64,000 nucleotides of DNA, taken from Eledone cirrhosa (lineage: Eukaryota). The notes under the pieces were generated by a model. It saw only the letters and a list, made by a program, of their open reading frames with translations, was not told the DNA's origin and did not search any database. Location: positions 86,800,001 to 86,864,000 of the forward strand of contig OZ024740.1 of assembly GCA_964016885.1 (NCBI GenBank), written 5' to 3'. Shown one piece after another: positions 1 through 15,576 of the stretch. The stretch's first letter is position 1, and the number at the start of each line of letters is the position of its first letter. The position numbers were made by a program, and so were the translations under genes.

Positions 1-40
1 TACGTCTGTATACATATATGTATGTACGTATACATACATA

Positions 41-44
<4 letters not shown>
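1..44 (-). repeat. Fragment of the ~490-bp HHR-array monomer (42.4-45.8 kb), inverted
   Basis: TACGTCTGTATACATATATGTATGTACGTATACA...CTTA matches 45970-46013 and is the reverse complement of the array monomer. Confidence 0.75.
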
Positions 45-110
<66 letters not shown>

Positions 111-115
<5 letters not shown>

Positions 116-230
116 ATACTTTGGTGCGTGTGTTTCTTATTGGCAACATGACCCTCCCAAGGTATAACAATATCGGTTTCAACACACGAGTTCAGATCAA
201 GAATCTTGCTAAACAAATTCAGAAACGAAA
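111..230 (+). mobile_element. PLE pLTR end / ORF start fragment in (TA)n
   Basis: Encodes [27 protein letters not shown], similar to the ORF start at 38128 ([27 protein letters not shown]). Confidence 0.75.
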
Positions 231-255
231 TATATATATATATAAATATACCCAT

Positions 256-328
<73 letters not shown>

Positions 329-337
329 TATATATAT

Positions 338-382
<45 letters not shown>

Positions 383-1388
383 TACATACACACACATACA
401 CATTTACAAGCAAACACGCATACATACACATACATACATACAAATAAGTACACATAAACGCATATGCACAAACACGCACTCGTTCGCACTCATACATGTG
501 TCTATAGTATAAAGGTAGTGGGACAAATTTTAATTTTAAATCTTAAAATTTAAAACTGGGCCTGATAGAGGATAAAATAATTAATGTCACTATTAAGTTA
601 TTAATATTATCATCAAGTAATTAATTACTATTTACTATTTACTACTTACTATTTACCATTCACTATTCGTTACCTATCTTTTATCCCTTATCTATTCATT
701 ACCTAATCATTCACTCATAAATTAATAAATAAATGAAAGAGTTAACTAACAAACAAACAAACAAACAAACAGATAAACAAATAAATCAGTAAATAAGTAA
801 ATAAATAAACAAATAAATAAATAAATGGATAAATAAATATATAAGTAAATAAAGTAACTAAATAAATAAATAAATAAATAAATATACAGTTAAATAGATA
901 AATAAATCATGAACGTGTGCGTGCATCAGTTCATAACTGCACGTATGCAAACATGAGCAGGTACATACGTGAATTTGTGTGTGCGGCCACGGAACTTTAC
1001 TCAGAGGCATACAACACAATATATAAGACCTGGAGGGGAGGAAAGAAGGTAATAATGAGAGATAGAGGGGAGGAAAGAGGGTAATAATGAGAGATGGAGG
1101 GATGGAAATGGAATGGGGGCGGGGGGGGGGTGATATGAAGGGGGGGGGTTCAGTCGTGGGGCAGGGGGGGGTCTGTAGTTTTTGTAATTTGCATAGTTCT
1201 TGTGCATGCTAACTGACTAACCTCAGTGTCACGTGATTGATTCTTTAGAATCTGCCACTGACCAGAGGCAGTGAACTTTTTCAGTGCTCTTGAATTTAGT
1301 CCTCGCTAGCTTATTCCATCCACTGAATTATTATTTTGATATGGGTTCCTAGTGTCCGCGCATTGCCTGGGAACTTAGCTGAGAATAG

Positions 1389-1470
1389 ACTCCCTGATGA
1401 CGTAATGAATTCTCGATAGTTATATTGTGTAACTATATTTATCCCATTACAGAAACTAATTAGTTGGAGT
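1389..1470 (+). ncRNA. Type I hammerhead ribozyme, long stem II
   Basis: ACTCC-CTGATGA-c GTAATG..(ATAGTTA/TAACTAT)..CATTAC a-GAAA-CTAATTAG-TT-GGAGT; palindromic stem III, GUU site. Confidence 0.75.
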
Positions 1471-1599
1471 GAAAATTTTAGTAAGTAAGTTACTTTTTAA
1501 TTTTTAAAATTTTCTTGTTTTACGCCTTTCATATAATTGTTCTGCATCCCCCTGCATAGAACCACCTAGGTACTTTGACATAACTTATGTATTTGCTAG

Positions 1600-1642
1600 C
1601 ATTAGTGTACATCTGTACGCATATGTTGGTAGATGTACTAAT

Positions 1643-1685
<43 letters not shown>

Positions 1686-1741
1686 ATATATATATTATTA
1701 TATATATATATATGTATATATATGTGTATATATATGTATAT

Positions 1742-1810
<69 letters not shown>

Positions 1811-1811
1811 A

Positions 1812-1888
<77 letters not shown>

Positions 1889-2177
1889 GACAACCATAGA
1901 ATATTCGAAAATATTCTGTATGTTTATAGAATACGTCACGTATTACAATTTGAGATTCTCGATAAAAGTATTGGATATGCAATCCTGAAGATTTCTAACA
2001 AGAATGAAACGCGTAGATTACTTCCCTTACTTTTATCGAGAATCTCAAATTGTAATACGTGACGTATTCTATTCTATAGCGATTGGGTCTTCAAAATGTT
2101 TATTATAAACATACAGAATATTTTCGAATATTCTATGTTTGTCTTCACATATATATCGCTATTTCAGAGCATTAAAT

Positions 2178-2261
<84 letters not shown>

Positions 2262-2288
2262 TTATATAGGTATATATGTATATATACA

Positions 2289-2346
<58 letters not shown>

Positions 2347-2350
2347 TAAG

Positions 2351-2402
<52 letters not shown>

Positions 2403-2434
2403 AATATATATATATGTATATATATATGTATATA

Positions 2435-2512
<78 letters not shown>

Positions 2513-2668
2513 AATATATATATATATACATGTATATATATACATATATATACAATATATATACATATATATATATAATAATATATATATATACATGTAT
2601 ATATATATATAGAGAGAGAGAGAGAATTAGTACATCTACCAACATATGCGTACAGATGTACACTAATG
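1600..2668. repeat. Inverted repeat (fold-back) with the HHR in its loop
   Basis: 1885-1970 is inverted at 2027-2147, and 1600-1655 is inverted at ~2610-2668; arms include (TA)n. Confidence 0.8.
1981..2019 (+). ncRNA. Minimal type I hammerhead ribozyme
   Basis: AATC-CTGAAGA-tTTCT AACA AGAAt-GAAA-CGCG-TA-GATT; palindromic ACGCGT stem III, GUA site. Confidence 0.85.
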
Positions 2669-2825
2669 CCATGTATATATATATATATGTATATATATAT
2701 GTATATATATATATGTATATATATATATGTATATATATGTGTGTATATATATATGTATATATATATGTATATATATATGTATATATATATGTATATATAT
2801 ATGTATATGTGTATATATATATATG

Positions 2826-2935
<110 letters not shown>

Positions 2936-2990
2936 CATATATATATACATATACATATATGTATATATATTTATTAAAATAACAGATTAA

Positions 2991-3041
2991 AGTTTAAGCA
3001 AAGAATCGCTTCTTTCACCCTTAACGGGATCTTCTGAAACT
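2991..3041 (-). ncRNA. Hammerhead ribozyme, CAGAAGA (U4A) core, isolated PLE 3' end
   Basis: Minus strand AGTTT-CAGAAGA-tCCC GTTAA GGGt-GAAA-..TGC-TT-AAACT, then AATAAA and (TA)n. Confidence 0.6.
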
Positions 3042-3078
3042 CTATACATATATATATATACATATATATACTCTATAC

Positions 3079-3126
<48 letters not shown>

Positions 3127-3132
3127 GTATAA

Positions 3133-3385
<253 letters not shown>

Positions 3386-3543
3386 TATATTGTTATACTT
3401 TGGGAGGGTCATGTTGCTAATAAGAAACACACACACCAGTTGCTTTCACTTCAATTTATTATAATAAATTTATAATAAATTTATAAACTTATAAATTTCT
3501 GGTTGTTTGGTTGGTTCCACAACCAGATAGTTGTTTATACATT

Positions 3544-3586
3544 GTCATAGTTCTTTCGTCACACACTCTGTGACCTCTTCAGTGAC
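3544..3586 (-). ncRNA. Minimal type I hammerhead ribozyme in pLTR
   Basis: GTCA-CTGAAGA-g GTCACA GAGTG TGTGAC-GAAA-GAAC-TA-TGAC. Confidence 0.8.
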
Positions 3587-3787
3587 TGGGGATTCCTTTC
3601 TTTGTTTCTGTGCCTCTCCTTTGTTCTGTCCTGCATCATTTTGTTTCTGTGTGTGTGTTGTGTGCTCAGTCTGCGCATGCGCCACATCCGGGTGTCTGTG
3701 TGTGTTTATGTTCATTTATTTGTTTGTTTATTTACATGTTACTGGTTGGTTGTTTGTTCTATGTGTGTGTGTGTTTTCATTTTGTCC

Positions 3788-4057
3788 TTAATTATAAGTT
3801 GTGATGTTGCTGTTCCACTCATATTTTCTATTTAATTTTGGTTGTAATTCTTTTATGTTTATTGCCTCTGTAATTTGTCTAAACATTGCGTCTTTTCTGT
3901 GTGTAGATTCTATTTTTATTTCTATGTTCTCTAATTTACCCTTGTGTTCTATTTTAGCATGTTGGTAGAGTACAGATGATTCTTTAATATCTTGAAGGTC
4001 TCGCCAGTGTTCATTTATCCGTTCCCCTACACTACGAGCTGTCTCACCTATGTACAC
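3788..4057 (-). pseudogene. GIY-YIG endonuclease C-terminal fragment of a PLE
   Basis: YIG motif, conserved R, H, E and LN; homologous to 41480-41774. Confidence 0.9.
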
Positions 4058-4078
4058 TATATTTTTGTCTCAGAAACG

Positions 4079-4142
<64 letters not shown>

Positions 4143-4252
4143 AGTAATAATAATAAAATTGAAGACTAAAATCCAAAGAGGGCTCGATAAGGAAAATATA
4201 TATCAAGTATATAAGAACCGTAGAGCAAATATTTATTAAAATAACAGATTAA

Positions 4253-4303
4253 AGTTTAAGCAAAGAATCGCTGCTTTCACCCTTAACGGGATCTTCTGAA
4301 ACT
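4253..4303 (-). ncRNA. Hammerhead ribozyme, U4A core
   Basis: AGTTT-CAGAAGA-tCCC GTTAA GGGt-GAAA-GCA..TGC-TT-AAACT. Confidence 0.7.
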
Positions 4304-6124
4304 AACAAAGTCAATCTGTAAACGCAGAACTGGATATTTCAAAAAACGTTGCAACCGGAGGAAGACAGGAAGACGATACTTTGGTTCGTGGTAACGTTCG
4401 CAGGCAAAGAACGGGAAAAAACGAATAATACGTCATTAATAGGAGCGGTGAAAAACAATTACGCTCAAAGACAAAACCACGTTTATGGTATAAAAGAGGT
4501 CGTAGACTAATGTTCTCTTAGGTGGTGCATAGAGACGTTCTCTGGCAATGAACGAAAAAACGAAGATAATAAGTCATATGTGGAGCGTGGAGAACAATTG
4601 AACGCAAAGACAAAACCACGTAAATGGTATAGCAGAAATCGTAGACTAAAATTCTAACTAGGAGACCAAATGAATCTCCGCAACAGAGTTAAGAACAAAG
4701 TAAATAAATACAATACAGAAGTAATAGAAACAAATAAATACATATACGCAAACAGATACGTACATACACAAGCATACGCAAAACCTTACCATGGGTATAC
4801 AAAACCACGCACATATAAATATGTGTGTGTGTGTATGCTTGTGTACAAATAAATAAATAATTATATAAACGTATATAAGTAAATAAATACGTATATAACA
4901 AGCGCACACGCATACCTACATATAAATACATGAATGTTCGGAGACGCAAGTCAACTAAAACAAGAAGTACACATATACACACACCCACCATACGTACGAA
5001 CCTGCACACTCACGCGGACGCAAAACTCCCGTATACACATAAAAGACCATGTGACCTCTGCGCCGCTGAGGCCCTGGAAATACTCTACGCTACAGACCAC
5101 ATCTTAAACAAAAAATCTGAGGCAATTTCGGCTTGTAAACCTAAATTGCACAAAACTTTCCTGTATTACAGCCCCACGTTATACCCTAACGGATAGCACG
5201 ATCTATACGTGGATATTTTACGTCTTGATGTGGGAGCTAAGTATATGTTTTGTTTATTCCTTTACTTATTTGCATAGGTAAGTATATATTACCCGTATGT
5301 TTTGTGAAGGTATGTATACCTTCTCGTACGTATATTTGACTGTTATAGCGTATAATTATTACATATTCTGGTATTTAGGGTTTCGCTATGTATATACGGG
5401 AGTTTTGCGTCCGCGTGAGTGTGCAGGTTCGTACGTATGGTGGGTGTGTGTATATGTGTACTTCTTGTTTTAGTTGACTTGCGTCTCCGAACATTCGTGT
5501 ATTTATATGTAGGTATGCGTGTGCGCTTGTTATATACGTATTTATTTACTTATATACGTTTATATAATTATTTATTTATTTGTACACAAGCATACACACA
5601 CACACATATTTATATGTGCGTGGTTTTGTATACCCGTGGTAAGGTTTTGCGTATGCTTGTGTATGTACGTATCTGTTTGCGTGTATGTATTTATTTGTTT
5701 CTATTACTTCTGTATTGTATTTATTTACTTTGTTCTTAACTCTGTAGCGGAGATTCATTTGGTCTCCTAGTTAGAATTTTAGTCTACGATTTCTGCTATA
5801 CCATATACGTGGTTTTGTCTTTGCGTGCTATTGTTCTCCACGCTCCACATATGACTTATTATCTTCGTTTTTTCGTTCATTGCCAGAGAACGTCTCTATG
5901 CACCACCTAAGAGAACATTAGTCTACGACCTCTTTTATACTATAAACGTGGTTTTGTCTTTGAGCGTAATTGTTTCTCACCGCTCCTATTAATGACGTAT
6001 TATTCGTTTTTTCCCGTTCTTTGCCAGCGAACGTTACCACGAACCAAAGTATCGTCTTCCTGTCTTCCTCCGGTTGCAACGTTTTTTGAAATATCCAGTT
6101 CTGCGTTTACAGATTGACTTTGTT

Positions 6125-6175
6125 AGTTTCAGAAGATCCCGTTAAGGGTGAATGCAGCGATTCTTTGCTTAAACT
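6125..6175 (+). ncRNA. Hammerhead ribozyme, U4A core, GAAA mutated to GAAT
   Basis: Same fold as 4253-4303 with a core mutation. Confidence 0.55.
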
Positions 6176-6241
6176 TTAATCTGTTATTTTAATAAATATT
6201 TGCTCTACGGTTCTTAATATATATATATATGTATATATATG

Positions 6242-6322
<81 letters not shown>

Positions 6323-6343
6323 GTGTATATATATATGTATATA

Positions 6344-6455
<112 letters not shown>

Positions 6456-6709
6456 GAGAGAGAGAGAGAGAGAAAGAAAGGGTATAAATGACGATTGATT
6501 ATTCCTTCATTGCATTTATTGATAGGTGACGCGCGTTTCGCCACTGATCAACTCAAGGTTCGATCTATATAGATCCTACCCTACTCAATAATCCGCAGCT
6601 CGACGGACCTTCTTAAAAGAAGGTCCGCATGTATGTATGTATACATATGTATATGTATATATATATATATACATATGTATATGTATATATATATATACAT
6701 ATGTATATG

Positions 6710-6741
<32 letters not shown>

Positions 6742-6762
6742 TATATATATAGATATATATAT

Positions 6763-6846
<84 letters not shown>

Positions 6847-6894
6847 ATATATATATATATGTATATATATGTATATATATGTATATATGTATGC

Positions 6895-7096
<202 letters not shown>

Positions 7097-7097
7097 A

Positions 7098-9443
7098 AGA
7101 ATCTGGGGAAGATGTGGACCGACATCTCAGATATGCACCTGTCCAAGTCCCAGATTGATTTCATTCTGGTGAGGAAAAAGTGGCGGAATAGTGTTCTGAA
7201 CACAGAGCCATACAACTATTTCATTACACTGGGTAGTGACCACCGGCATGTTATGAGTGAGGTCCAGGTGAGCTTAAGAAAGAGCATGGCTCGGCCGCGG
7301 AGAGCAATCTATGACTGAGGAGCTTTCAAGGAAGATGATAAGCTAGAGGAGAGGTTCACAGTGGAAGTGAGAAACAGGTTTAGTGCTCTGTGTGGAGAGT
7401 CAGAGGAGAGAGAGATTGGATGGACTGAGGAGAGTGTGACGAGGAGGTACGGGCACTTCACCAATGCAGTGGCGGAAGCAAGTGAAACCCTGGTGCCGAG
7501 GAAAAAGAAAAAAGGGAAGCACGTCAGCTCTGCAAACCCAAAAGTGTGTGCAGCCAGAGAACACCTGAAAGCTGCCAAGGACCAATTCTATGCTGATCCT
7601 ACGGATGAGAGGATGGAGACTGTGGAGGTGATGAGGGAAGCGCTCTGTACCGCTTACACTGAGGTCAGAGAGGAGGCACTGATAGAGAAGATCAGAAGTG
7701 TGGAGAGAGCGGTTGACAGATCTGGATGTAAGGAGAGCTGGATGATCATCAACGAGATCACAGGGAGGAAGAGAAGGTGTTCGAGTCAGATCCAGGGAAC
7801 GGGGCCCGAGGATAGGAAGAGGAAATGGCTAGACTATTTTAGGACCCTACTAAGAGAGCCACCCTCCACAGCCCAGAGCACTGGGGAGATCAGGCGGCTG
7901 TTTGAGGAACTGGATGTTGAGACAGAACCCTTCACCAGAGAGGAGCTTCAGAGAGCCAAGAAGAGGATCAAGGAGGGCAAGACTCACGGAGAAGATGGAG
8001 TGGCATCAGAAGTGATGAAGAGGTGTGATTTTGATGATATCATCCTGGGGTTCTGTAACCGGGCACTGGAGAAAGGAGTTGCCCCGAATCAGTGGAGGAT
8101 CAGTAACATCGTCCCAGTGCCAAAGAAGGGAGATCTCTCTAACACCAACAACTACAGGGGGATCTCACTGACTTCACTTGTGGCAAAAACCCTCAACAGG
8201 ATGATTCTTAAAAGGATCCAGCCTGAGATGGAGAAGAAGCTCAGGGACAACCAGAACGGCATCAGAGAGGGTAGATCAACCACCAGTCACATCCTGATGC
8301 TGATGAGGATATTAGAGGGAGCTAGAGCAAAGTGCCTTCCTGCGGTCATGGTTTTCATTGACTTTAGGAAGGCCTTTGATTCTGTGGACCGTTACTGCCT
8401 GATGAAGATCTTACAGGCTTATGGAATCCCCAAGAAGATAGTGGACCTGATATCACTGCACTACACCAACACCAAAGCCCAAGTCATTACACCTGATGGG
8501 ATGACAGAGTTCTTTGAGATACTGGCTGGAGTGCTCCAGGGAGATACATTGGCTCCCTACCTTTTTATCATCGTAGTGGACTATTGTATGCGCCTTGCAC
8601 TGGAGAAACACCAGGATTCTGGGTTTACTGTAGCACCGGCTCAGAGCAGGAGAGTTAGGGCGAAAAAGGTATCGGATGCTGAATTTGCCGATGACATAGT
8701 TTTGGTGACAAATACAGTGAAGGAGGCAGAGGATTTGATGCGGGAGGTTGAGACTATGTCGATGAGTGTGGGGCTGAGAATGAATGAAACTAAAACAAAA
8801 TATCTGGTAGAGAATGTTGAGAAGCCAGAGTGGATCACTAATGTAGGCGGGAAGCCGCTAGAATTGGTTGCAGCCTTCCTGTATTTGGGAGCAAAGATTG
8901 GGAATACGGAAGATGATGTGGTTGAGAGGAAGAGCAAGGCCTGGGCGGCGTGCCACAGCTTGAGATCGGTGTGGAAGTCGGACCTTCGTAGAGACCCTGA
9001 AAATCCGCCTCTTCATTGCTGTAGTGGAGTCTGTGCTGCTGTATGGGTCTGAGACTTGGACACTGACCAAGAAACTCACTCAGATGGTGGATGGGTGCTA
9101 CACGAGAATGCTGAGGATGGCTCTGAACATTAATCAGTATACACTGATGGTGAAAAACTCAGAGCTGTATGGGAGCATCCCAAAAGTCAGCTCAAAAGTG
9201 ACACAGAGGAGACTGAGGTTAGCTGGACATGCTCAGCGACATCCGGAGTTGACATTGCACTCAGTGCTCCTTTGGGAGCCCCTACATGGACACACTAGAA
9301 GTGGAAGACCAAGGTTAACGTATGTTGATGCCCTAAAGACAGACACTGGTCTGTTGGAGACGCAGGACATGGCAGCGATAATGGGGGACAGAGACCACTG
9401 GAGAGCACTCGTCCATGGATTTCGGGAATTTTACCCGCATCAG
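7098..9443 (+). mobile_element. 5'-truncated RTE-type LINE inserted in (TA)n
   Basis: APE tail [12 protein letters not shown]; RT motifs [48 protein letters not shown]; stop at 7316 and frameshift near 8995. Confidence 0.92.
7361..9052 (+). pseudogene. LINE reverse transcriptase (disrupted; continues in frame 9024-9440)
   Basis: 563-aa ORF with all non-LTR RT motifs. Confidence 0.9.
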
Positions 9444-9459
9444 ATATATATATATTTAC

Positions 9460-9532
<73 letters not shown>

Positions 9533-9535
9533 CAC

Positions 9536-9566
<31 letters not shown>

Positions 9567-9589
9567 CATATACACATATATATATATAC

Positions 9590-9621
<32 letters not shown>

Positions 9622-9671
9622 TTATATATACATATATATATATATATATATACATATATATATAAATATAT

Positions 9672-9725
<54 letters not shown>

Positions 9726-9795
9726 TAAAATAACAGATTAAAGTTTAAACAAAGCAGAGCCCTCTCTGGATTTTAGTCTTCAATTTTATTATTAT

Positions 9796-9890
<95 letters not shown>

Positions 9891-9927
9891 CATATATATA
9901 TATACATATACATATATATACATATAC

Positions 9928-10035
<108 letters not shown>

Positions 10036-10063
10036 ATACATATACATATATATATACATATAC

Positions 10064-10127
<64 letters not shown>

Positions 10128-10129
10128 AC

Positions 10130-10192
<63 letters not shown>

Positions 10193-10215
10193 TATATGTA
10201 TATATCTGTATATAT

Positions 10216-10375
<160 letters not shown>

Positions 10376-10401
10376 CATATATATATATATATATATATAC
10401 T

Positions 10402-10556
<155 letters not shown>

Positions 10557-10680
10557 TTATATATATATATATATCAGATAGGGTGTGGTAAAACCAGGTA
10601 GACCAAAACCCACTAGAGTACTCAATATTTGGGGTATAGAGAGGGTAATATGAAAAGATTCAAGGGTCCTGAATCTTTTC

Positions 10681-10714
<34 letters not shown>

Positions 10715-11177
10715 GTATATATATATGTATATATATATATATGTATATATGCACATAAAGAAATTCAAATAGCAGAAATAAAATAATAAGATCATGATAA
10801 TTATCATGGTTAAAGCCAGATTTACCAACTTGAATGCTTTTTTTCTTCAAAACTGTTTTATCCAAGATTTATGAACACAATTAAATCACTAACTGGGTCT
10901 TTGGAATACAGCTGAGCTACATTATTTAAAATATCTGTTTAGTCTTTTCTAGATTTAGTGTTTTGTATTGTATATGCACTGTCGGGCTAAACAGAACAGT
11001 TTGGTTTCTGTGAGATTATGAAGAAGCACATTTTAATTGCAACAAACCATTTCCAGTAGTAATTAGAATAATCTTGTCCAACAATATATTAATTTGCATT
11101 AATATGAAGGAAAAAATGTTTTAAAAACTTCTTAGTGATTGGTGTGGCGCTCATACAACAATTTTGGTATATACATA

Positions 11178-11281
<104 letters not shown>

Positions 11282-11484
11282 TAGATAGATATATATACAT
11301 ATATATATATATATACACATATATATATACACATATATATATACATATATATATATACATATATATATACATATATATATATACATATATATATACAGAT
11401 ATATATATACATATATATATATATACATATATATATATACATATATATATATACACATATATATATATACATATATATATATAC

Positions 11485-11515
<31 letters not shown>

Positions 11516-11636
11516 CATATATATAGTAATAATAATAAATATGAAGACTAAAATCCAAAGAGGGCTCGATAAGGATAAATATATATCAAATATATAGAGA
11601 ACTGTAGAGCAAATACTTATTAAAATAACAGATTAA

Positions 11637-11687
11637 AGTTTAAGCAAAGAATCGCTGCTTTCACCCTTAACGGGATCTTCTGAAACT
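11637..11687 (-). ncRNA. Hammerhead ribozyme, U4A core
   Basis: Same fold as 4253-4303. Confidence 0.7.
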
Positions 11688-12635
11688 AATAAAGCCAATC
11701 TGTAAACGCAGAAGTGGATATTTCAAAAAACGTTGCAACCGGAGGAAGACAGGAAGACGATACTTTGGTTCGTGGAAACGTTTCCCTGGCAAAGAACGGG
11801 AAAAAACGAATATAATACGTCATTAATAGGAGCGGTGAAAAACAATTACGCGCAAAGACAGAACCACGTTTATGGCATAAAAGAGATCGTAGACTAATGT
11901 TCTCTTAGGTGGTTCATAGAGACGTTCTCTGGCAATGAACGAAAAAAACGAAGATAATACGTCATATGTGGAGCGTGGAGAACAATTGAGCGCAAAGACA
12001 AAGACAAAATCACGTAAACGGTATAGCAGAAGTCGTAGACTAAAATTCTAACTAGGAGACCGAATGAATCTCCGCTTCAGAGTTAAGAACAAAGTAAATA
12101 AATACAATACAGAGGTAATAGAAATTAAATAAATACATACACGCATACAAATACGTACATACACAAGCATACGCGAAAACACTTACCATAGGTATACAAA
12201 ACCACGCACATATAAATATGTGTGTGTGTGTGTATGCATGTATACAAATAAATAAATAATTAAATAAACGTATATAAATAAATAAATACGTATATAACAA
12301 GCGCTCACACATACCTACATGTAAATACACAAATGTTCGGAGACATAAGTCAACCAAAACATGAAGTACACATATACACACACCCTACATACGTACGAAC
12401 CTGAATACTCACACAGACGCAAAACACCCGCATACACATAATCAAACCATATGTACCAGAAAATATAAAATTATACGCCATAACATATACAATCAAATAT
12501 TCGTACGAGAAGGTATACGTACCTTCACAAAACATACAGGTAATATATGCTTACCTATGCAAATAAGTAATGGTATAAACAAAACATATACTTAGCTACC
12601 ACATCAAGACGCAAAATATCCACGTATAGATCGTA

Positions 12636-13352
12636 CTATCCGTTAGGGTATAACGTGGGGCTGTAATACAGGAATGTTTTGTGCAATTTATGTTTACAAG
12701 CCGAAATTGCCTCAGACTTTTTGTTTAAGATGTGGTCTGTGGCGTAGAGTATTTCCAGGGCCTCAGCGGCGCAGAGGTCACATGGTCTTTTATTTCCATT
12801 ATACGATCTAGCCCTAGCTAGGATCTCCCAGTGTAACTTATAATGGGTGTGGTTGTCTTTTAGACTCCAGATATATGCTGAAAGTGACGTCATATTCCTT
12901 CTTAGAGGGTAACGAAAAGAATGGGTATGCATGTAAAGACGCTGCTTGAATCTATTGGCGGTTAACCCTATGTAGGCCCTACGGGACGTGGGTGTTTCAA
13001 CCTTACATTTGTAGACAATGTTACTAGAGAGGCATTTCCCTGATAGGGGGCAATCAACCCGATTCCTACAATTACAGTTAGTACTGACTACAGGGTTGCA
13101 CGTGTTCCTACGGCTAGGTAGTTTAGCTAAATTTGAAGCTGTGATGTTATGTGCAAGGTGATGAGTCGTAGAGTAAGAAATTTTAATAGTATTTCTATTA
13201 AAAATGTTACTATATTTATGTGTAGGGGGAAAATGCTTCGTAATAAGGGAAAGAAAGATCTTAGCTAATGGTGTGGCCACCTCCATATTATATGGTGGGT
13301 TATACCAACAAATGCGACGGGATTTATTTCTTCTAGGTCTATTTTCGTACAC
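12636..13352 (-). pseudogene. PLE linker plus GIY-YIG endonuclease (Naiad-like), no RT core
   Basis: 238-aa ORF; upstream in-frame [17 protein letters not shown] is interrupted by stops. Confidence 0.88.
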
Positions 13353-13499
13353 TGTTTATGCTACCTAATCGATAAATGCACTCCGAGCAAGAGCTTCATT
13401 GTAATAAGTGGAATGGTCGTTGAAAATATGCTCGTTAGTAGATATTGACTTTGTTAGTTTCAGAAGATCCCGTTTAATGTGTTATTTTAATAAATATAC

Positions 13500-13548
<49 letters not shown>

Positions 13549-13897
13549 CATATATATATACATATATATATAGATACATACATATATATATATATACATA
13601 TATATATACATATATATATAGATACATACATATATATATACATATATATATATATACATATATATATACATATATATATATACACATATATATATACATA
13701 CACATATATATATATACATATATATATACATATATATTTATATATACATATACATATATATATATACATATACATACATACATATATATATACATATGCA
13801 TACATATATATATGCATATACATACATATATATATATATATACATATATATACATATATATATAAACAGATATATATATACATATATATATATATAC

Positions 13898-13952
<55 letters not shown>

Positions 13953-13977
13953 CATATATATATATACATATATATAC

Positions 13978-14012
<35 letters not shown>

Positions 14013-14157
14013 CATATATATACATATATATACATATATATATACATATATATACATATACATATATATATACATATATATATATACATATATATATATA
14101 TACATATATATATATACATATACATATATGTATATATATATACATATATATATATAC

Positions 14158-14204
<47 letters not shown>

Positions 14205-14304
14205 CATATATATATACATATATATATATATACATTATGAAGAGAGAAGAAACATTTAGATATAATTAGTAATAAAATGTATCATACCTAAACTGTTCCT
14301 AAAT

Positions 14305-14392
14305 TCCTCGACTACGTAGTTTCGTGGCATAAACAAAAACAATATATCAAAGATATAGAGTCCTTGCGAGGTCTGCCGACTTATCAAGAGGA
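14305..14392 (-). ncRNA. Hammerhead ribozyme, U3-A8 core variant
   Basis: Reverse complement of 14898-14985. Confidence 0.8.
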
Positions 14393-14897
14393 TACCTCAT
14401 TTTACTAGTCCCAAGAACGCGTCTACACGACGTGAGAAAGAATCCCAAAAGGCGGAGGGGGAGATAGTCACGCGATATAACGGTCGAGAAACAGAGCTAA
14501 ACCTCTTATAACCACGAAGAAAATACCACGGAGGCGGAGGGGGTATTCATATCGAGGCCGTAGAAGAGGTAGTGAAGAAGGCGAGAAGTATGAGTAATGG
14601 AAGCTTTCCAGTTGTCCCCACACCTCAAAGATTGCTCGACCAGAGGGAGTTATTAATATATTTAGAAACACACAGATACATGCGGACACACACATATATA
14701 CATGAATGCATCCGCACCCAATTGTGAGTTAAGGGTGCCAACTTCTCCCCCTCTGCCTCCGTGGTATTTTCTTCGTGGTTATAAGAGGCTTAGCTCTGTT
14801 TCTCGACCGTTATATCGCGTGACTATCTCCCCCTCCGCCTTTTGGGATTCTTTCTCACGTCGTGTAGACGCGTTCTTGGGACTAGTAAAATGAGGTA

Positions 14898-14985
14898 TCC
14901 TCTTGATAAGTCGGCAGACCTCGCAAGGACTCTATATCTTTGATATATTGTTTTTGTTTATGCCACGAAACTACGTAGTCGAGGA
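14898..14985 (+). ncRNA. Hammerhead ribozyme, U3-A8 core variant
   Basis: TCCTC-TTGATAA-GTcGGCA..TGCCAC-GAAA-CTACGTAG-TC-GAGGA; GUC site, palindromic stem III. Confidence 0.82.
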
Positions 14986-15488
14986 ATTTAGGAACAGTTT
15001 AGGTATGATACATTTTATTACTAATTATATCTAAATGTTTCTTCTCTCTTCATAATGTATTTTTAACTCTGATACTGGTTCAGTCTGGTTCAAACTGAAT
15101 TGGTCTGTCCCAGTCATTCATTGAGCAACATCGGTGAAGTTGGCACCCTTAACTCACAGTTGGGTGCGGATGCATTCATGTATATATGTGTGTGTCCGCA
15201 TGTATCTGTGTGTTTCTAAATATATTAATAACTACCTCTGGTCGAGCAATCTTTGAGGTGTGGGGACAACTGGAAAGCTTCCATTACTCATACTTCTCGC
15301 CTTCTTCACTACCTCTTCTACGGCCTCGATATGAATACCCCCTCCGCCTCCGTGGTATTTTCTTCGTGGTTATAAGAGGCTTAGCTCTGTTTCTCGACCG
15401 TTATATCGCGTGACTATCTCCCCCTCCGCCTTTTGGGATTCTTTCTCACGTCGTGTAGACGCGTTCTTGGGACTAGTAAAATGAGGTA

Positions 15489-15576
15489 TCCTCTTGATAA
15501 GTCGGCAGACCTCGCAAGGACTCTATATCTTTGATATATTGTTTTTGTTTATGCCACGAAACTACGTAGTCGAGGA
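15489..15576 (+). ncRNA. Hammerhead ribozyme, U3-A8 core variant
   Basis: Identical copy 591 bp downstream. Confidence 0.82.

Larger units (their letters stand above)
3388..4070 (-). mobile_element. 5'-truncated Penelope-like element (GIY-YIG end plus pLTR)
   Basis: ORF 3788-4057 YIGETARSVGERINEHW..RQITEAINI..PKLNRKYEW; ends ATGACCCTCCCAAAGTATAACAA+(TA)n like the 38-42 kb element. Confidence 0.9.
4211..6215. mobile_element. Naiad-like PLE 3' end with inverted 5' arm (~820-bp arms)
   Basis: 4215-5035 is the reverse complement of 5390-6215; spacer 5040-5196 encodes KRPCDLCAAEALEIL..LNKKSE. Confidence 0.85.
11527..13495 (-). mobile_element. 5'-truncated Naiad-like PLE
   Basis: WYNPPY, CNCRNRVDCPLSGKC linker, IVY..YIG GIY-YIG, CDLC; long 3' UTR with HHR; short inverted 5' tail 13441-13495. 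Confidence 0.88.
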
